Positions 48,972 through 59,186 of a stretch of 64,000 bases of DNA are shown piece after piece. The number at the start of each line of letters is the position of its first letter. Position 1 is the first letter of the stretch. The notes beneath the pieces were generated by a model. The model was not told the DNA's origin and made no database searches. It was given only the letters and a program-made list of their open reading frames with translations. This DNA is from a virus. Made by a program: the position numbers and the translations under genes. The stretch covers positions 1 to 64,000 of IMG/VR virus record IMGVR_UViG_3300032116_000062, one strand, 5' to 3'.

Positions 48972-49856
48972 ATGGATAAAAATTTAAAAATAATTTGTAA
49001 TGGTGATAGCTGGGTATTTGGTTCCGAAATAGCGGACCCACAAATTAGTATGAGATATGATGGTGAGGTTCATCCTGGTAAATACGATTGGATGGAAGAA
49101 AATGATGGGTATAGAATACCAAAGATATTTCCAACACATTTGTCCGAATTGATGAACGCAGAAGTTACAAATTTATCTTGGCCTGCAGATGATAATGGAA
49201 CTATAACACACAGAACTATTGCATATATCACATCAAATTATATAGATAAAGAATTACCAACGGATGATTTGTTTGTAATTGTAGGCTGGTCATCTCCCGA
49301 AAGAAATTTTTTTTGGTATAAGGATGAATCTAAAAAGTTTTCGTCCAGATTTAGATTGTGGCCTCAAGTACAGCATTTCGATGCACCACCACAAGAAGAA
49401 TTTTGGAAGTTATATGTTCAATATTTATGGAATGCTGAAGAATATTTACCAAGATATGTTATGAATGTATTACAACTTGAAAACTTTTTTAAAGCACATA
49501 ACATAAAATGGTTAATGTTTAATGCATTTTATCAAACTCCTGGAAAAAATCCTATGGATTGGGAAGATTTGAATGTGAGAGATGAATTGCAAAAATTAAA
49601 TTTACACGGAACACCGTATACCATATCAGATAAAAAGGAAAGAGGCGTATATCAGTACAATTACGTTCCGATATGGGATACGATAGACCCTATAAGATTT
49701 TATAAAAAGGATCAACCAAACAACACATTCAAAAGTTTTATGGAAAAGAAAAATCCAAATGGAACATATTATGGATGGCATCCTTCACCGGAATCTCATA
49801 AAGTTTGGGCGGAAGAAATAGTTAGATATGTAGACCAATATAAATTGCTAAAATGA
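48972..49856 (+). CDS. SGNH/GDSL-like hydrolase or acyltransferase (paralog 1 of 4)
   Basis: NGDSWVFG block I; VGWSSPER; C-terminal GWHPSPESH. Confidence 0.7.
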   Translation: MDKNLKIICNGDSWVFGSEIADPQISMRYDGEVHPGKYDWMEENDGYRIPKIFPTHLSELMNAEVTNLSWPADDNGTITHRTIAYITSNYIDKELPTDDLFVIVGWSSPERNFFWYKDESKKFSSRFRLWPQVQHFDAPPQEEFWKLYVQYLWNAEEYLPRYVMNVLQLENFFKAHNIKWLMFNAFYQTPGKNPMDWEDLNVRDELQKLNLHGTPYTISDKKERGVYQYNYVPIWDTIDPIRFYKKDQPNNTFKSFMEKKNPNGTYYGWHPSPESHKVWAEEIVRYVDQYKLLK

Positions 49857-50626
49857 AAATAAATCTAACCAACGTAACACTTGTCGTTGTAGATGACTTG
49901 AGCGATTTACCAACCGAAAATAATATAAGATATATTATATTAGATAGAGTAATAAAATATGCAAAAAAGTATATTGATTTTTTCGACGTAAAGTTTTTTT
50001 CACCACTTCATGGGTTTGAAAAAACATTTACAAATGCCGGCGATTATAGTAAATGGATTATTAAAAATTTACCATATGAGATAGAATCTGATTATTACTT
50101 AATAATACAATGGGATGGGTTTATTGTAAATCCGGATATGTGGAGGAATGAATTTTTTAATTATGATTATATTGGAGGTGGTAACACATTACAAAATGGT
50201 GGATTTTCGTTGAGAAAAACATCTACAATGAAAAAACTTTCTAATATTAAATACACAGATTATTTCGGTAATGAGGATTCTTTTTATTCTTTGTTTTTTG
50301 AGGATGTGTGTAAAAATGTACACAAAACCGATAGCAGATTTGATGAAAATTTTTATAATGAATGTTTAGAAAACGGATGGATTTATAAAGATCAACCATT
50401 TAGTGTATATGATATACACGATAAAAACTCTGATTGTAATAGATTTGTATCATTTTTTACTTTTAATCCCAAATCATTTGGTTGGCATTGGTCTGGTGAA
50501 TTGGATATATATACATCAATGTATTTTTATAAAAAAATAAAAATGTTTTCTTTGCAAGAATTGAAAATGATAGATACATATTTAAGAAAACGATCTAATA
50601 GAGGTATATCATGGGAAGAACTATAG
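49853..50626 (+). CDS. DUF5672-like putative glycosyltransferase
   Basis: LIIQWDGFI, YDYIG, NGGFSLR, NED and FGWH signature. Confidence 0.75.
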   Translation: MKINLTNVTLVVVDDLSDLPTENNIRYIILDRVIKYAKKYIDFFDVKFFSPLHGFEKTFTNAGDYSKWIIKNLPYEIESDYYLIIQWDGFIVNPDMWRNEFFNYDYIGGGNTLQNGGFSLRKTSTMKKLSNIKYTDYFGNEDSFYSLFFEDVCKNVHKTDSRFDENFYNECLENGWIYKDQPFSVYDIHDKNSDCNRFVSFFTFNPKSFGWHWSGELDIYTSMYFYKKIKMFSLQELKMIDTYLRKRSNRGISWEEL

Positions 50627-51414
50627 TTATATGCGGTGATTCATTTAGTATTGGAATTGGGTGTCATGATTTACACAATGAACCATATGGATCTAGATTA
50701 GCAACCCATCTCAATAAAGATATTATAAATCTTGCAAAGGGGTCATCTACGAATTTTTCAATATTTTTACAGGCAAAATATATTGTTGAAAATATAGAAC
50801 CAAATGATATTGAATTTGTATGTATAGCACCAACTTCATATAATAGAGTGGAGTGGTTTCCTGAAAATACAGATACATCGGATGGTGATTTGAAATTGAC
50901 ATCGGTAAACTATCACCAATATCCACCATATGGAACGGATACTTACCAATACAAATTAGATAATCCATTAGAGGGAGATAGTAGATATACGGGAGAAATG
51001 TTTACAGAAAATTACTATGGCATAGTTGATTATGTTGATAATGTATTGGCCGGAAAGAGAGAAGGTGGTAATTATTATTTAAAATTTAAAAATGAAAGAA
51101 CGGATAGATTGAAACTTTTAAGAAACTACTATGCTGATATATTTGATGATAGAATACAAAGATACTACGATATCGGTATGATAGTTATGGCTTATAATTT
51201 ATTAAAAAATAAAGGTATCAAAGTATTAGTATTAACATATGATTCCGATTTTAAAAATCACATTCCGGATGAAAGTTTAGTTAATATAGATTGGGGAATT
51301 TTATCAAAAAAATATCCAGATGATTTAAATACACTACATACATCAGCGGAGGGACATAGTGAAGTATTTGAAACTATTGTAAAAAAGATAGAAAAAAATG
51401 GATGGATTAAATAA
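50611..51414 (+). CDS. SGNH/GDSL-like hydrolase or acyltransferase (paralog 2)
   Basis: CGDSFSIG, NLAKGSSTN, C-terminal LHTSAEGH. Confidence 0.7.
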   Translation: MGRTIVICGDSFSIGIGCHDLHNEPYGSRLATHLNKDIINLAKGSSTNFSIFLQAKYIVENIEPNDIEFVCIAPTSYNRVEWFPENTDTSDGDLKLTSVNYHQYPPYGTDTYQYKLDNPLEGDSRYTGEMFTENYYGIVDYVDNVLAGKREGGNYYLKFKNERTDRLKLLRNYYADIFDDRIQRYYDIGMIVMAYNLLKNKGIKVLVLTYDSDFKNHIPDESLVNIDWGILSKKYPDDLNTLHTSAEGHSEVFETIVKKIEKNGWIK

Positions 51415-52192
51415 AAAAAGATTTTTTGCATTTGGGTGTAGTTACACTTCACACATATGTGGAACATGGGCAGATTACATATCTTCTAATTTTGAAGAAT
51501 ATTATAATTTTGCCAGAGGTGGTGCGTGTAATTCATATATAATGAATAAATTTATTGAGGCAGATGCTAAATATAAATTTAATCCAGAAACCGATTATGT
51601 TGTAGTAATGTTTACAAATTTTAATAGATTTTCTTATTATGATAAAGTTGGTTGGAACCTATATGGTAGTGTTTATCAAAATGATACTTATCCCGAAGAT
51701 TTTAGAAACAAAATGTGGTCTGAAGATTGGGGAATTTATAATTCTTGGGTAGCTATAAATGTTGTAAAACAATTGTTAAGATATAAAGCAATTGATAATA
51801 AATTATTATTAGCAATAGATAGTATTTACTATAAAGAATCCCCATTTGATGATACACTCACCAACGCATTATCTACAAGATTTGTAGATAATATATACAA
51901 CCTACTATCGGATTCGGAATCACTTGATAGTTGGAAATCAAAACGATATAAATTTCCTGAAGATTATGATTTGTATATACAACAGGAATATACCGATGGA
52001 CATCCAACACAGTTGATGCATTATGAGTTTATGAAAGAAAAGTTTCCACAATTTGATACCGAAGAATCAAAAAATACTTTTGAATTTTTGGAATCAATCA
52101 AAGATTTATCTTCTTGGCATAATCAACAACAATCCTACAACTTAAATTTTTATCAATTAAAAAACAAAGCATACGGTGCACCCCTATTTTAA
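51398..52192 (+). CDS. SGNH/GDSL-like hydrolase or acyltransferase (paralog 3)
   Basis: FGCSYT, NFARGGACN, C-terminal DGHPT..MH. Confidence 0.7.
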   Translation: MDGLNKKRFFAFGCSYTSHICGTWADYISSNFEEYYNFARGGACNSYIMNKFIEADAKYKFNPETDYVVVMFTNFNRFSYYDKVGWNLYGSVYQNDTYPEDFRNKMWSEDWGIYNSWVAINVVKQLLRYKAIDNKLLLAIDSIYYKESPFDDTLTNALSTRFVDNIYNLLSDSESLDSWKSKRYKFPEDYDLYIQQEYTDGHPTQLMHYEFMKEKFPQFDTEESKNTFEFLESIKDLSSWHNQQQSYNLNFYQLKNKAYGAPLF

Positions 52193-52193
52193 T

Positions 52194-53624
52194 ATGAACA
52201 AATATAAATTAAATTTTGTTTTTGATTATTTTTTTCCAAGTTTTATTTTACCAAATGCAACAATGCCGGAAATTGGTATCATAAACTATTTAGCATCAAT
52301 ACATACAAATAAATCACAAAACGCAACTTTTTTCGAACAGCAGATGCCAGTATCTGCCATCTTTGGTGATAAGTTTGGAGGAATGCCAAATTCAGGAACT
52401 GGATACTTCTATCAAGCAGGTGTATATAAATCAATGTTGGAATATTCTCAACGGCCACTATACAATAATAATAATGGACATGAAAAATTTATTTATCCCA
52501 TAAAACCAAATCCTGTATTGAGTGATTTTATTGGGGTATCTCAATCCATAGGAAGTAGAATGAGTGGAGAATTTTTCTGGAAGTACATTTCAGCACAGGC
52601 CATTGAACTGATAATGGATAGGCAGGGTATTATATTTATAGATTATTCTATGGAACCCTTCATTGATAAATATCTACACGATGCATTCCATGACTCTTTA
52701 AGAAATAGTGGAATTCCAAAAGAATCGATTATAGTGTGTGTAAATAGTTTTAATGCTAGAGAGTGCTATGAAAAATATTATACGGAAGAACAAAGAATGT
52801 ACTCTGTTAGAAATCTTCCATTTTGTTTGGACCATAGTTCTTGGTATTATAACGATGAACTGGAAAGAAATACAGGAAAGTGTATGAATGAAAGTGATTT
52901 TTTAAATACAAAAGATACTATAAGAAAAAACCATTTTTTAATGAAAATTAGAAATGGGAGAGAACATAGAATTGCATTTTTATATAAGATGGCAAGTGAG
53001 GGATTATTGGAAAATGGCGATTTTTCTTTTTTAGCACCAAATGGAACACAATATTCAAAAGATACTGTCGAATTTGTTATAGAAAGGTACGGAATAAAAA
53101 ATGTAAATTTAAAAAATATAAAAACATTACATGAAACCGCACCACATATTTTACAAAGTGAAAGAGGAATAACGTATGGAGATATCAATGCATGGACGGA
53201 TTCACATTATCAACCACATATTAATTCATATTTTGAAATATGTTTTGAAACATTTGTACATGGAGATCACAAATCTCTAACAGAAAAAGTTTTCAAACCA
53301 ATAATAAATTTTCAACCTTTCTTTTTTGTAGCTTATCCGGGTGCATTAGAACTTTTACAAAATTTAGGATTTAAAACGTTTGATGGGTTTATAGATGAAA
53401 GGTATGATAAAATTCAAAATATAAATGAAAGATTGGAAGCAATATTTTTAGAAGTAAAAAGATTATGTTCAATGAGTAAGGAAGAAATGCATGAATGGTA
53501 TTGGAAAATGGAAGATATTCTAATTCATAATCATAGAACCTTAATAAACTACCATAAAAATAAATTATTTGCAGAAGATTTGGTTAAAGAATTTTACGAT
53601 AGAACTCACAACAATCTTATTTAA
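52194..53624 (+). CDS. putative glycosyltransferase-fold protein (TEK motif)
   Basis: R.HR, ICFET, LTEKVFKPI..FQPF and LGFKTF, resembling the C-terminal domain of GT10-like enzymes. Confidence 0.5.
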   Translation: MNKYKLNFVFDYFFPSFILPNATMPEIGIINYLASIHTNKSQNATFFEQQMPVSAIFGDKFGGMPNSGTGYFYQAGVYKSMLEYSQRPLYNNNNGHEKFIYPIKPNPVLSDFIGVSQSIGSRMSGEFFWKYISAQAIELIMDRQGIIFIDYSMEPFIDKYLHDAFHDSLRNSGIPKESIIVCVNSFNARECYEKYYTEEQRMYSVRNLPFCLDHSSWYYNDELERNTGKCMNESDFLNTKDTIRKNHFLMKIRNGREHRIAFLYKMASEGLLENGDFSFLAPNGTQYSKDTVEFVIERYGIKNVNLKNIKTLHETAPHILQSERGITYGDINAWTDSHYQPHINSYFEICFETFVHGDHKSLTEKVFKPIINFQPFFFVAYPGALELLQNLGFKTFDGFIDERYDKIQNINERLEAIFLEVKRLCSMSKEEMHEWYWKMEDILIHNHRTLINYHKNKLFAEDLVKEFYDRTHNNLI

Positions 53625-53626
53625 TT

Positions 53627-54430
53627 ATGAAAGATTTTGAATTAATATTATCAAATGAAGTTTTTGTAAATAAAAATTACATCAATAAAGAATTACTAAC
53701 AATAGCAAGCGATATAAAAGATGATGGAACAATTTTATATAAAATGAATGAACATGGGTATAGATCTAATTCATTTAAGAATAAATCAGAATTCAATATA
53801 TTGACATTAGGATGTTCGTGGACTATGGGTGTCGGAGTTAGAAATGATGCAATATGGCCAAACTTAATAGGAGAAAAGATACAAAGTAAAATACAAAAAA
53901 AGGTATCGGTTTTTAACTACGGAACGTATGGAGTATCAACGGCATTTACAGCAAAAAATTTTTATAAAATAGTATCATCAGAAATAAAACCTGATTTGGT
54001 TTTAATAATGTGGCCTGGTTTTAGCAGAAGAGATTATATAAAAGATAATGGAGTATTTAAAAAGATAGGGGGATTTCGTTTAGCACATGAACGAGATGTT
54101 ATTTGGAAAAATGAGGATGAAGATAAATTGTTTGTCGAATTGAGAAATGATTATCAAGATTTAATGGAATTTTGGGAAGCTTATAAGTTTGTAGAAACAA
54201 CTGCAAAATTGCATAATATAAATGTTATACATACGATAGCGGGTTATTATTATGATATATTTAGAGAGTTAAAATCACATCTTAAAAATACAATAGATTG
54301 GAATAACTTCTTTGAACCAACTGATTGTTATAAGAGTGATTTTGCAGCAAGAGATAATCACCACCCTGGAGAAAAATGGCATTTGGAATTTTCCGAAAAA
54401 TTTCATAACTTTATTAGTAAAACGTTATGA
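53627..54430 (+). CDS. SGNH/GDSL-like hydrolase or acyltransferase (paralog 4)
   Basis: NEHGYRS, LGCSWTMGVG, NYG..G.S, ARDNHHPG. Confidence 0.75.
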   Translation: MKDFELILSNEVFVNKNYINKELLTIASDIKDDGTILYKMNEHGYRSNSFKNKSEFNILTLGCSWTMGVGVRNDAIWPNLIGEKIQSKIQKKVSVFNYGTYGVSTAFTAKNFYKIVSSEIKPDLVLIMWPGFSRRDYIKDNGVFKKIGGFRLAHERDVIWKNEDEDKLFVELRNDYQDLMEFWEAYKFVETTAKLHNINVIHTIAGYYYDIFRELKSHLKNTIDWNNFFEPTDCYKSDFAARDNHHPGEKWHLEFSEKFHNFISKTL

Positions 54431-55335
54431 AAATAGCCGTATGTTTTAGTGGACAAATGCGTACAGCAATTGATAATTTTGAAAATATAAAAAAATTATT
54501 AGGAGAGATGTACGAGTATTGTGATTTTTTTGTACATACGTGGAATAATTGTGAATATAAAACATTTAATGCATCTAACATCAAACGTAGACCAATCATA
54601 GAAGATAGCGAAAAAGTGTATAACATAGAAAAACTATATAAACCAAAAATATTTCACATAGAAAATATAGAACATTCCCCCGGATATCAAATTTCTAATT
54701 TATATGGAGTACCACCTCTTTGGTATTCTTTTATGAAAAGTGTAGAATACAAACAAAAATATGAAAAAGATAATGGATTTGAATATGATTGTGTATTGAA
54801 ATTAAGATTTGATTTTGCAAGTTGTAGTGAAAATTTTTTAAAAAATGAAATAGAAACAACTGTATCAGATAAATTTAAAATATTGGGGTTTGTTATGAAT
54901 GATTTATTACCAACCGACCCGGTTGCAACCGATATGTTATTTGTTGCAAAATCAAAAGAAATGAATATAGCATCAACGTATTTTTGGGAGATTGTAAAAA
55001 ATCATGATAAAAATATATTTATAAATTTTCCATTTTTTTTAATAAATAATGGAATAAAACCAATAAATACGGATTTTATAAATGAATTTTCTATATTACG
55101 TTCTGAATTTGCAAATCGTATAAAAAAGTTTGTAAATTTTGAAGAAATGTATAAAGAAATACTAAAATTTGAAGTATATTATTATGATACACCCATTGAT
55201 AAAAATACAAAATATTTTATACATTTTTTAAAAGAAAAGCTAGAAAGTAAAAATTTTTTTTTAGATGAAAACAAAACGTATTATTTAGAAGATATAGAAG
55301 ATATGTTAGGAGAGAAAATAGAAAAAATAATATAG
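54427..55335 (+). CDS. putative glycosyltransferase, 'KIAVCxSGQxR' family (paralog 4)
   Basis: KIAVCFSGQMR, DFFVHTW, YDCVLKLRFD, DMLF. Confidence 0.55.
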   Translation: MKIAVCFSGQMRTAIDNFENIKKLLGEMYEYCDFFVHTWNNCEYKTFNASNIKRRPIIEDSEKVYNIEKLYKPKIFHIENIEHSPGYQISNLYGVPPLWYSFMKSVEYKQKYEKDNGFEYDCVLKLRFDFASCSENFLKNEIETTVSDKFKILGFVMNDLLPTDPVATDMLFVAKSKEMNIASTYFWEIVKNHDKNIFINFPFFLINNGIKPINTDFINEFSILRSEFANRIKKFVNFEEMYKEILKFEVYYYDTPIDKNTKYFIHFLKEKLESKNFFLDENKTYYLEDIEDMLGEKIEKII

Positions 55336-55357
55336 TTATATTAAATAGATAAGAAAT

Positions 55358-57277
55358 ATGAAAACAGTTATAAAACCTTGGGGAAAGGAAGAATGGTTAG
55401 AATTAAACGACCGATATTGTTACAAACGAATTTACATTAATGCCGGATATAAGACATCATATCAGTATCATAATTTTAAAAAAGAAACAAATTATATCAT
55501 TTCGGGCGAAGCAGAAGTGTGGCTTGAAAATGATGAGGGTGTTGTTGAAAAAAAATTAATGAAGGCGGGTGATTACTTTAATGTAACACCACCAAAAAAG
55601 CACAGAGTAATTGCATTAACTGATATTATTTTACAAGAAGTATCAACGCCTGAAGTTGATGATGTCATTAGAATTAATGATGAGTTTGCAAGGGGTGATG
55701 GTAAAATAGAAGGTGAACACCAAACACCCGCTGTATTAATATTGGCAGCAGGTTTGGGTACCCGTTTGGAATCTCTTACAAAAGAAATTAATAAAGCACT
55801 TTTACCAATTAACAATCGTGCAATCATTTCACATATTATTGATAAGTTTCCAAAAGATTATGAATTTGTAGTAGCAATTGGATATAAGGGTGAATTGGTT
55901 AAAGAGTATTGTAAATTAGTATTTCCCAATCATAAATTTACGTTTGTGGAAATCGATAACATTGAAGAATCAGGATCAGGCCCAGGATATTCCGCATTAA
56001 AATGTAGAGAGTATTTGCAAAGACCTTTTTATATTACCACTTGCGATTGTTTGATAGATTCTCCAATGCCACATTTGGATGGTAATTGGTTGGGAGTACA
56101 ACCAACTTCTTATCCAGAAAAATATTCAACGGTATTGGTAGATGGAGATAATATTATAAATTATTCAAACAAATCCATACATGGATATAATTTGGCATTC
56201 ATTGGGCTGGCTGGTATATGGGATTACGAAGTATTTTGGAATAAATTAGAAAGTAGAACCATCAATGGAGAGTTAGTATCGGCGTTTGAAGCACCATTAG
56301 ATTATCCTACGTTTAAAATAAAAAAATTAAAATGGTTGGATACAGGTAACATAGATGATTTAAATAAAGCAAAACAATACTTTAACGATGTACCATTATC
56401 ATTACAAAAAGATAATAACGAACTAACATACAGAGAAGGTAATTTATTTATCAAATTTACACCCGATCCAGAGGTATTAAAAAATAGAATTAAAAGAGCA
56501 ATTCTATTGAAAGAGCAAATACCTTTAAACTTTGGATCCGTTTCAAATTTCATTTATTACGATTGGGTAGATGGTGATACTTTATACGAATTGGATGATT
56601 TTAATCTATTTAAACGATTTCTAAACAAAATGGAAAATAATTTAAAAGAGATTACAGATAATTCCATTGAACATATAATAAATTTTTATATAAATAAAAC
56701 ACATAGTAGAGTACAAAAATTTGTAAATAAAAATGGACATCAATATCACACCTTACCGCATATTATAAATGGAAAAGAATATCCGGCATATGATTCTTTT
56801 TTTACAGATGTTGTAAATAATAGGTTTCATAAATTTCAAAGTAATTCTTTTTATAAAAAATTTCATGGAGACCTTCAATTTGACAATATCATTTTTTCTT
56901 CAAAAGAAAATGAATTCAAATATATTGATTGGAGAGAATCTTTTGGAGGATATACGGAGGCCGGAGATATTTACTATGATTTAGCAAAACTATATGGTGG
57001 GTGTATAATTCCGTATAATAAAATGAAAAATGAAGATAATATAAACTTTGTAGAATGTGATTGTTCTATAAGATATTCATATGATATTTCCGATAATTTG
57101 GTTTCCTTTAAAAAGGAATTTGAAAATTGGATTATCAAAATGGGATTTGATATGGATAAAGTAAAAATTATGACAGGTTTAATATTTTTAAACATGTCAC
57201 CACTACATGATGAAAAGTTTTCAAAAATGCTATGGTTCAAATCAATTGAAATTCTATATGAGTACGCAGATAAATAA
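55358..57277 (+). CDS. trifunctional cupin + sugar-phosphate nucleotidyltransferase + APH/choline-kinase-like protein
   Basis: KPWGKE...SYQYH..K.ET...H cupin; ILAAGLGTRL...KALLPI NTP transferase; FHGDLQFDNI, IDWR and YDLAKL kinase motifs. Confidence 0.85.
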   Translation: MKTVIKPWGKEEWLELNDRYCYKRIYINAGYKTSYQYHNFKKETNYIISGEAEVWLENDEGVVEKKLMKAGDYFNVTPPKKHRVIALTDIILQEVSTPEVDDVIRINDEFARGDGKIEGEHQTPAVLILAAGLGTRLESLTKEINKALLPINNRAIISHIIDKFPKDYEFVVAIGYKGELVKEYCKLVFPNHKFTFVEIDNIEESGSGPGYSALKCREYLQRPFYITTCDCLIDSPMPHLDGNWLGVQPTSYPEKYSTVLVDGDNIINYSNKSIHGYNLAFIGLAGIWDYEVFWNKLESRTINGELVSAFEAPLDYPTFKIKKLKWLDTGNIDDLNKAKQYFNDVPLSLQKDNNELTYREGNLFIKFTPDPEVLKNRIKRAILLKEQIPLNFGSVSNFIYYDWVDGDTLYELDDFNLFKRFLNKMENNLKEITDNSIEHIINFYINKTHSRVQKFVNKNGHQYHTLPHIINGKEYPAYDSFFTDVVNNRFHKFQSNSFYKKFHGDLQFDNIIFSSKENEFKYIDWRESFGGYTEAGDIYYDLAKLYGGCIIPYNKMKNEDNINFVECDCSIRYSYDISDNLVSFKKEFENWIIKMGFDMDKVKIMTGLIFLNMSPLHDEKFSKMLWFKSIEILYEYADK

Positions 57278-57899
57278 AGATACAAAAATATACGGATCAT
57301 TTTCTAAAACACCCGGAAATAATGGGTGTTTGTTTTTCAATGCTGCATTTGAAAAGTATAATATAAATGCTATATATAAATCTTTTTATTCTGATAACAT
57401 AAAAGAAACCATACAATCCGTCAGACATTTGGGATTTAGTGGTTTTGCATTGAGCATGCCACATAAAGTTGATGTAATACCTTATTTGGATTATATGGAT
57501 GATATATCTAAAGAAATAGGTGCGGTTAATACTGTGATAAATGTGGAAGGTAAACTTACAGGATATAACACAGATTTTTTTGGAATTGTTGATTTTTTTT
57601 CTTATATTAACGTAGGAAAAAATGTAAATATAATTGGAAATGGTGGTTTTAGTAAAGCAATACAATGTGCTTGTAAAAATATGAATATAGAATATAAAAT
57701 ATTTGGAAGAAATGATATAGATAATATATCTTCGATACTGAATGAAACTTTTATAAACGCTACTCCAATTGAAATAAAATCAATTTATAGTAGGGTAATA
57801 GATTTAAGACCACATACACATTATGGAAAAATAGTTGCCGAAATGCAAGCAAAATATCAATTTAAAATATACACAGGAATAGAATATGGCACTACCTAA
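57258..57899 (+). CDS. shikimate dehydrogenase-like protein (SdhL/HI0607-type)
   Basis: INKDT N-terminus, SMPHK, GAVNTV, GYNTD, GNGGFS, INATP. Confidence 0.8.
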   Translation: MSTQINKDTKIYGSFSKTPGNNGCLFFNAAFEKYNINAIYKSFYSDNIKETIQSVRHLGFSGFALSMPHKVDVIPYLDYMDDISKEIGAVNTVINVEGKLTGYNTDFFGIVDFFSYINVGKNVNIIGNGGFSKAIQCACKNMNIEYKIFGRNDIDNISSILNETFINATPIEIKSIYSRVIDLRPHTHYGKIVAEMQAKYQFKIYTGIEYGTT

Positions 57900-58854
57900 T
57901 TACTACATATGCCCAATGTCCAAAAATATAGTAGATTCTGTAATAGAAATGGAAAACTCTGCTTTTGGATTACTACCAACTCGCAGACAGATAGACTGGG
58001 ATGGTGGATATGTAAATGGTTGGAATACTAAAAGTTTTTATGAGTATGTAAAAACTAAAAATAAAAATCTTATAATAGAAAGAGATCATTCCGGCCCAAA
58101 CCAAGGAGTGAATGAGGATAGTGGGTATGTAAGTCATACTCATGATGCAAATTATTTTGATATAATACATTTAGACCCATGGAAAATTGCAAAAAATCAT
58201 ATTGATGGCATAGAAAAAACTGTTTATGCTTTAAAATACATTCATCACCTAAATCCAAATGTTAAGTTTGAAATATTGACGGAAGAGGCGATATGGAAAT
58301 TTACGGATGAAGAAATAATAGATATAATGCAATATCTACTAAATAACTTATCCAAATCGGAGTTCGATAGTATCGAATATATTGTAGTACAATCGGGAGT
58401 AGGATTGGATTTGGTTAATAGAAAAAATACAGGAAAATTTGATTTAGAAAAGTTAAAAAAACAATCCTTTTTAATAAAATCATTTGGTAAAAAAACAAAA
58501 GAACATAATGGTGATTATTTGAACCATAATGAATTGGGAATTCGATTTTCAAATGGATTGGATTGTATAAATATAGGACCTGAAATAGTGCAGTTAGAAA
58601 CTCTAACTTATTTAGAAAATATGACCGAAAAACAAATAGATGAATTTTATGAAATATGCCTAAATTCAAGAAAATGGAAAAGATGGGTCCCATCTGATTT
58701 TGATTTTTCGGATAAGAAAAAACTAATACAAGTTTGTGGGCATTATTGTTTTAATCTATACGAATTACCAAAAATAGATGATTTAATAAAAGAAAATATT
58801 AAAATAAAATTAAAAAATTTACCATCATGTCAAAAATCTTCGCGTTTGATTTAG
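57886..58854 (+). CDS. GatZ/KbaZ-like TIM-barrel sugar-phosphate epimerase/aldolase
   Basis: RQID..GGY, RDHSGP, IHLDP, VQSG, EHNGDY and NIGPE, matching the GatZ motif order. Confidence 0.7.
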   Translation: MALPNYYICPMSKNIVDSVIEMENSAFGLLPTRRQIDWDGGYVNGWNTKSFYEYVKTKNKNLIIERDHSGPNQGVNEDSGYVSHTHDANYFDIIHLDPWKIAKNHIDGIEKTVYALKYIHHLNPNVKFEILTEEAIWKFTDEEIIDIMQYLLNNLSKSEFDSIEYIVVQSGVGLDLVNRKNTGKFDLEKLKKQSFLIKSFGKKTKEHNGDYLNHNELGIRFSNGLDCINIGPEIVQLETLTYLENMTEKQIDEFYEICLNSRKWKRWVPSDFDFSDKKKLIQVCGHYCFNLYELPKIDDLIKENIKIKLKNLPSCQKSSRLI

Positions 58855-59186
58855 ATGATACTTTGTGTTATAGACCAAAGGATGTTGAACATTTGGGTGG
58901 AGATAAATACCACCATTGTAAACCAATAAAAGAAATGATAGACCTATCTAATAGTTTATATGATAAAGGTCACACTATATATATTTATACGGCTCGTGGT
59001 ATGAAAACATTTGATGGCGATGTAAAGTTAATATATGAAAAACTATATGATTTAACTTTAAAGTGTTTGGATGAGTGGGGTGTAAGACATCATGGATTAT
59101 TTATGGGTAAAATTCATTATGATTTACTTATAGATGATAAAGCAATGGATTTGGAAACAGCAAAAAAAGAATTAATAAAAATATGA
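58827..59186 (+). CDS. HAD-family phosphatase (capsule-biosynthesis type)
   Basis: FDLDDTL, YTARG, GK..YD..IDDKA. Confidence 0.85.
   Translation: MSKIFAFDLDDTLCYRPKDVEHLGGDKYHHCKPIKEMIDLSNSLYDKGHTIYIYTARGMKTFDGDVKLIYEKLYDLTLKCLDEWGVRHHGLFMGKIHYDLLIDDKAMDLETAKKELIKI

Noticed and set aside
57258-57899. aroE / shikimate pathway
   Set aside because: No other aro genes in the window; the sequence looks like the SdhL subclass and lies in a sugar cassette
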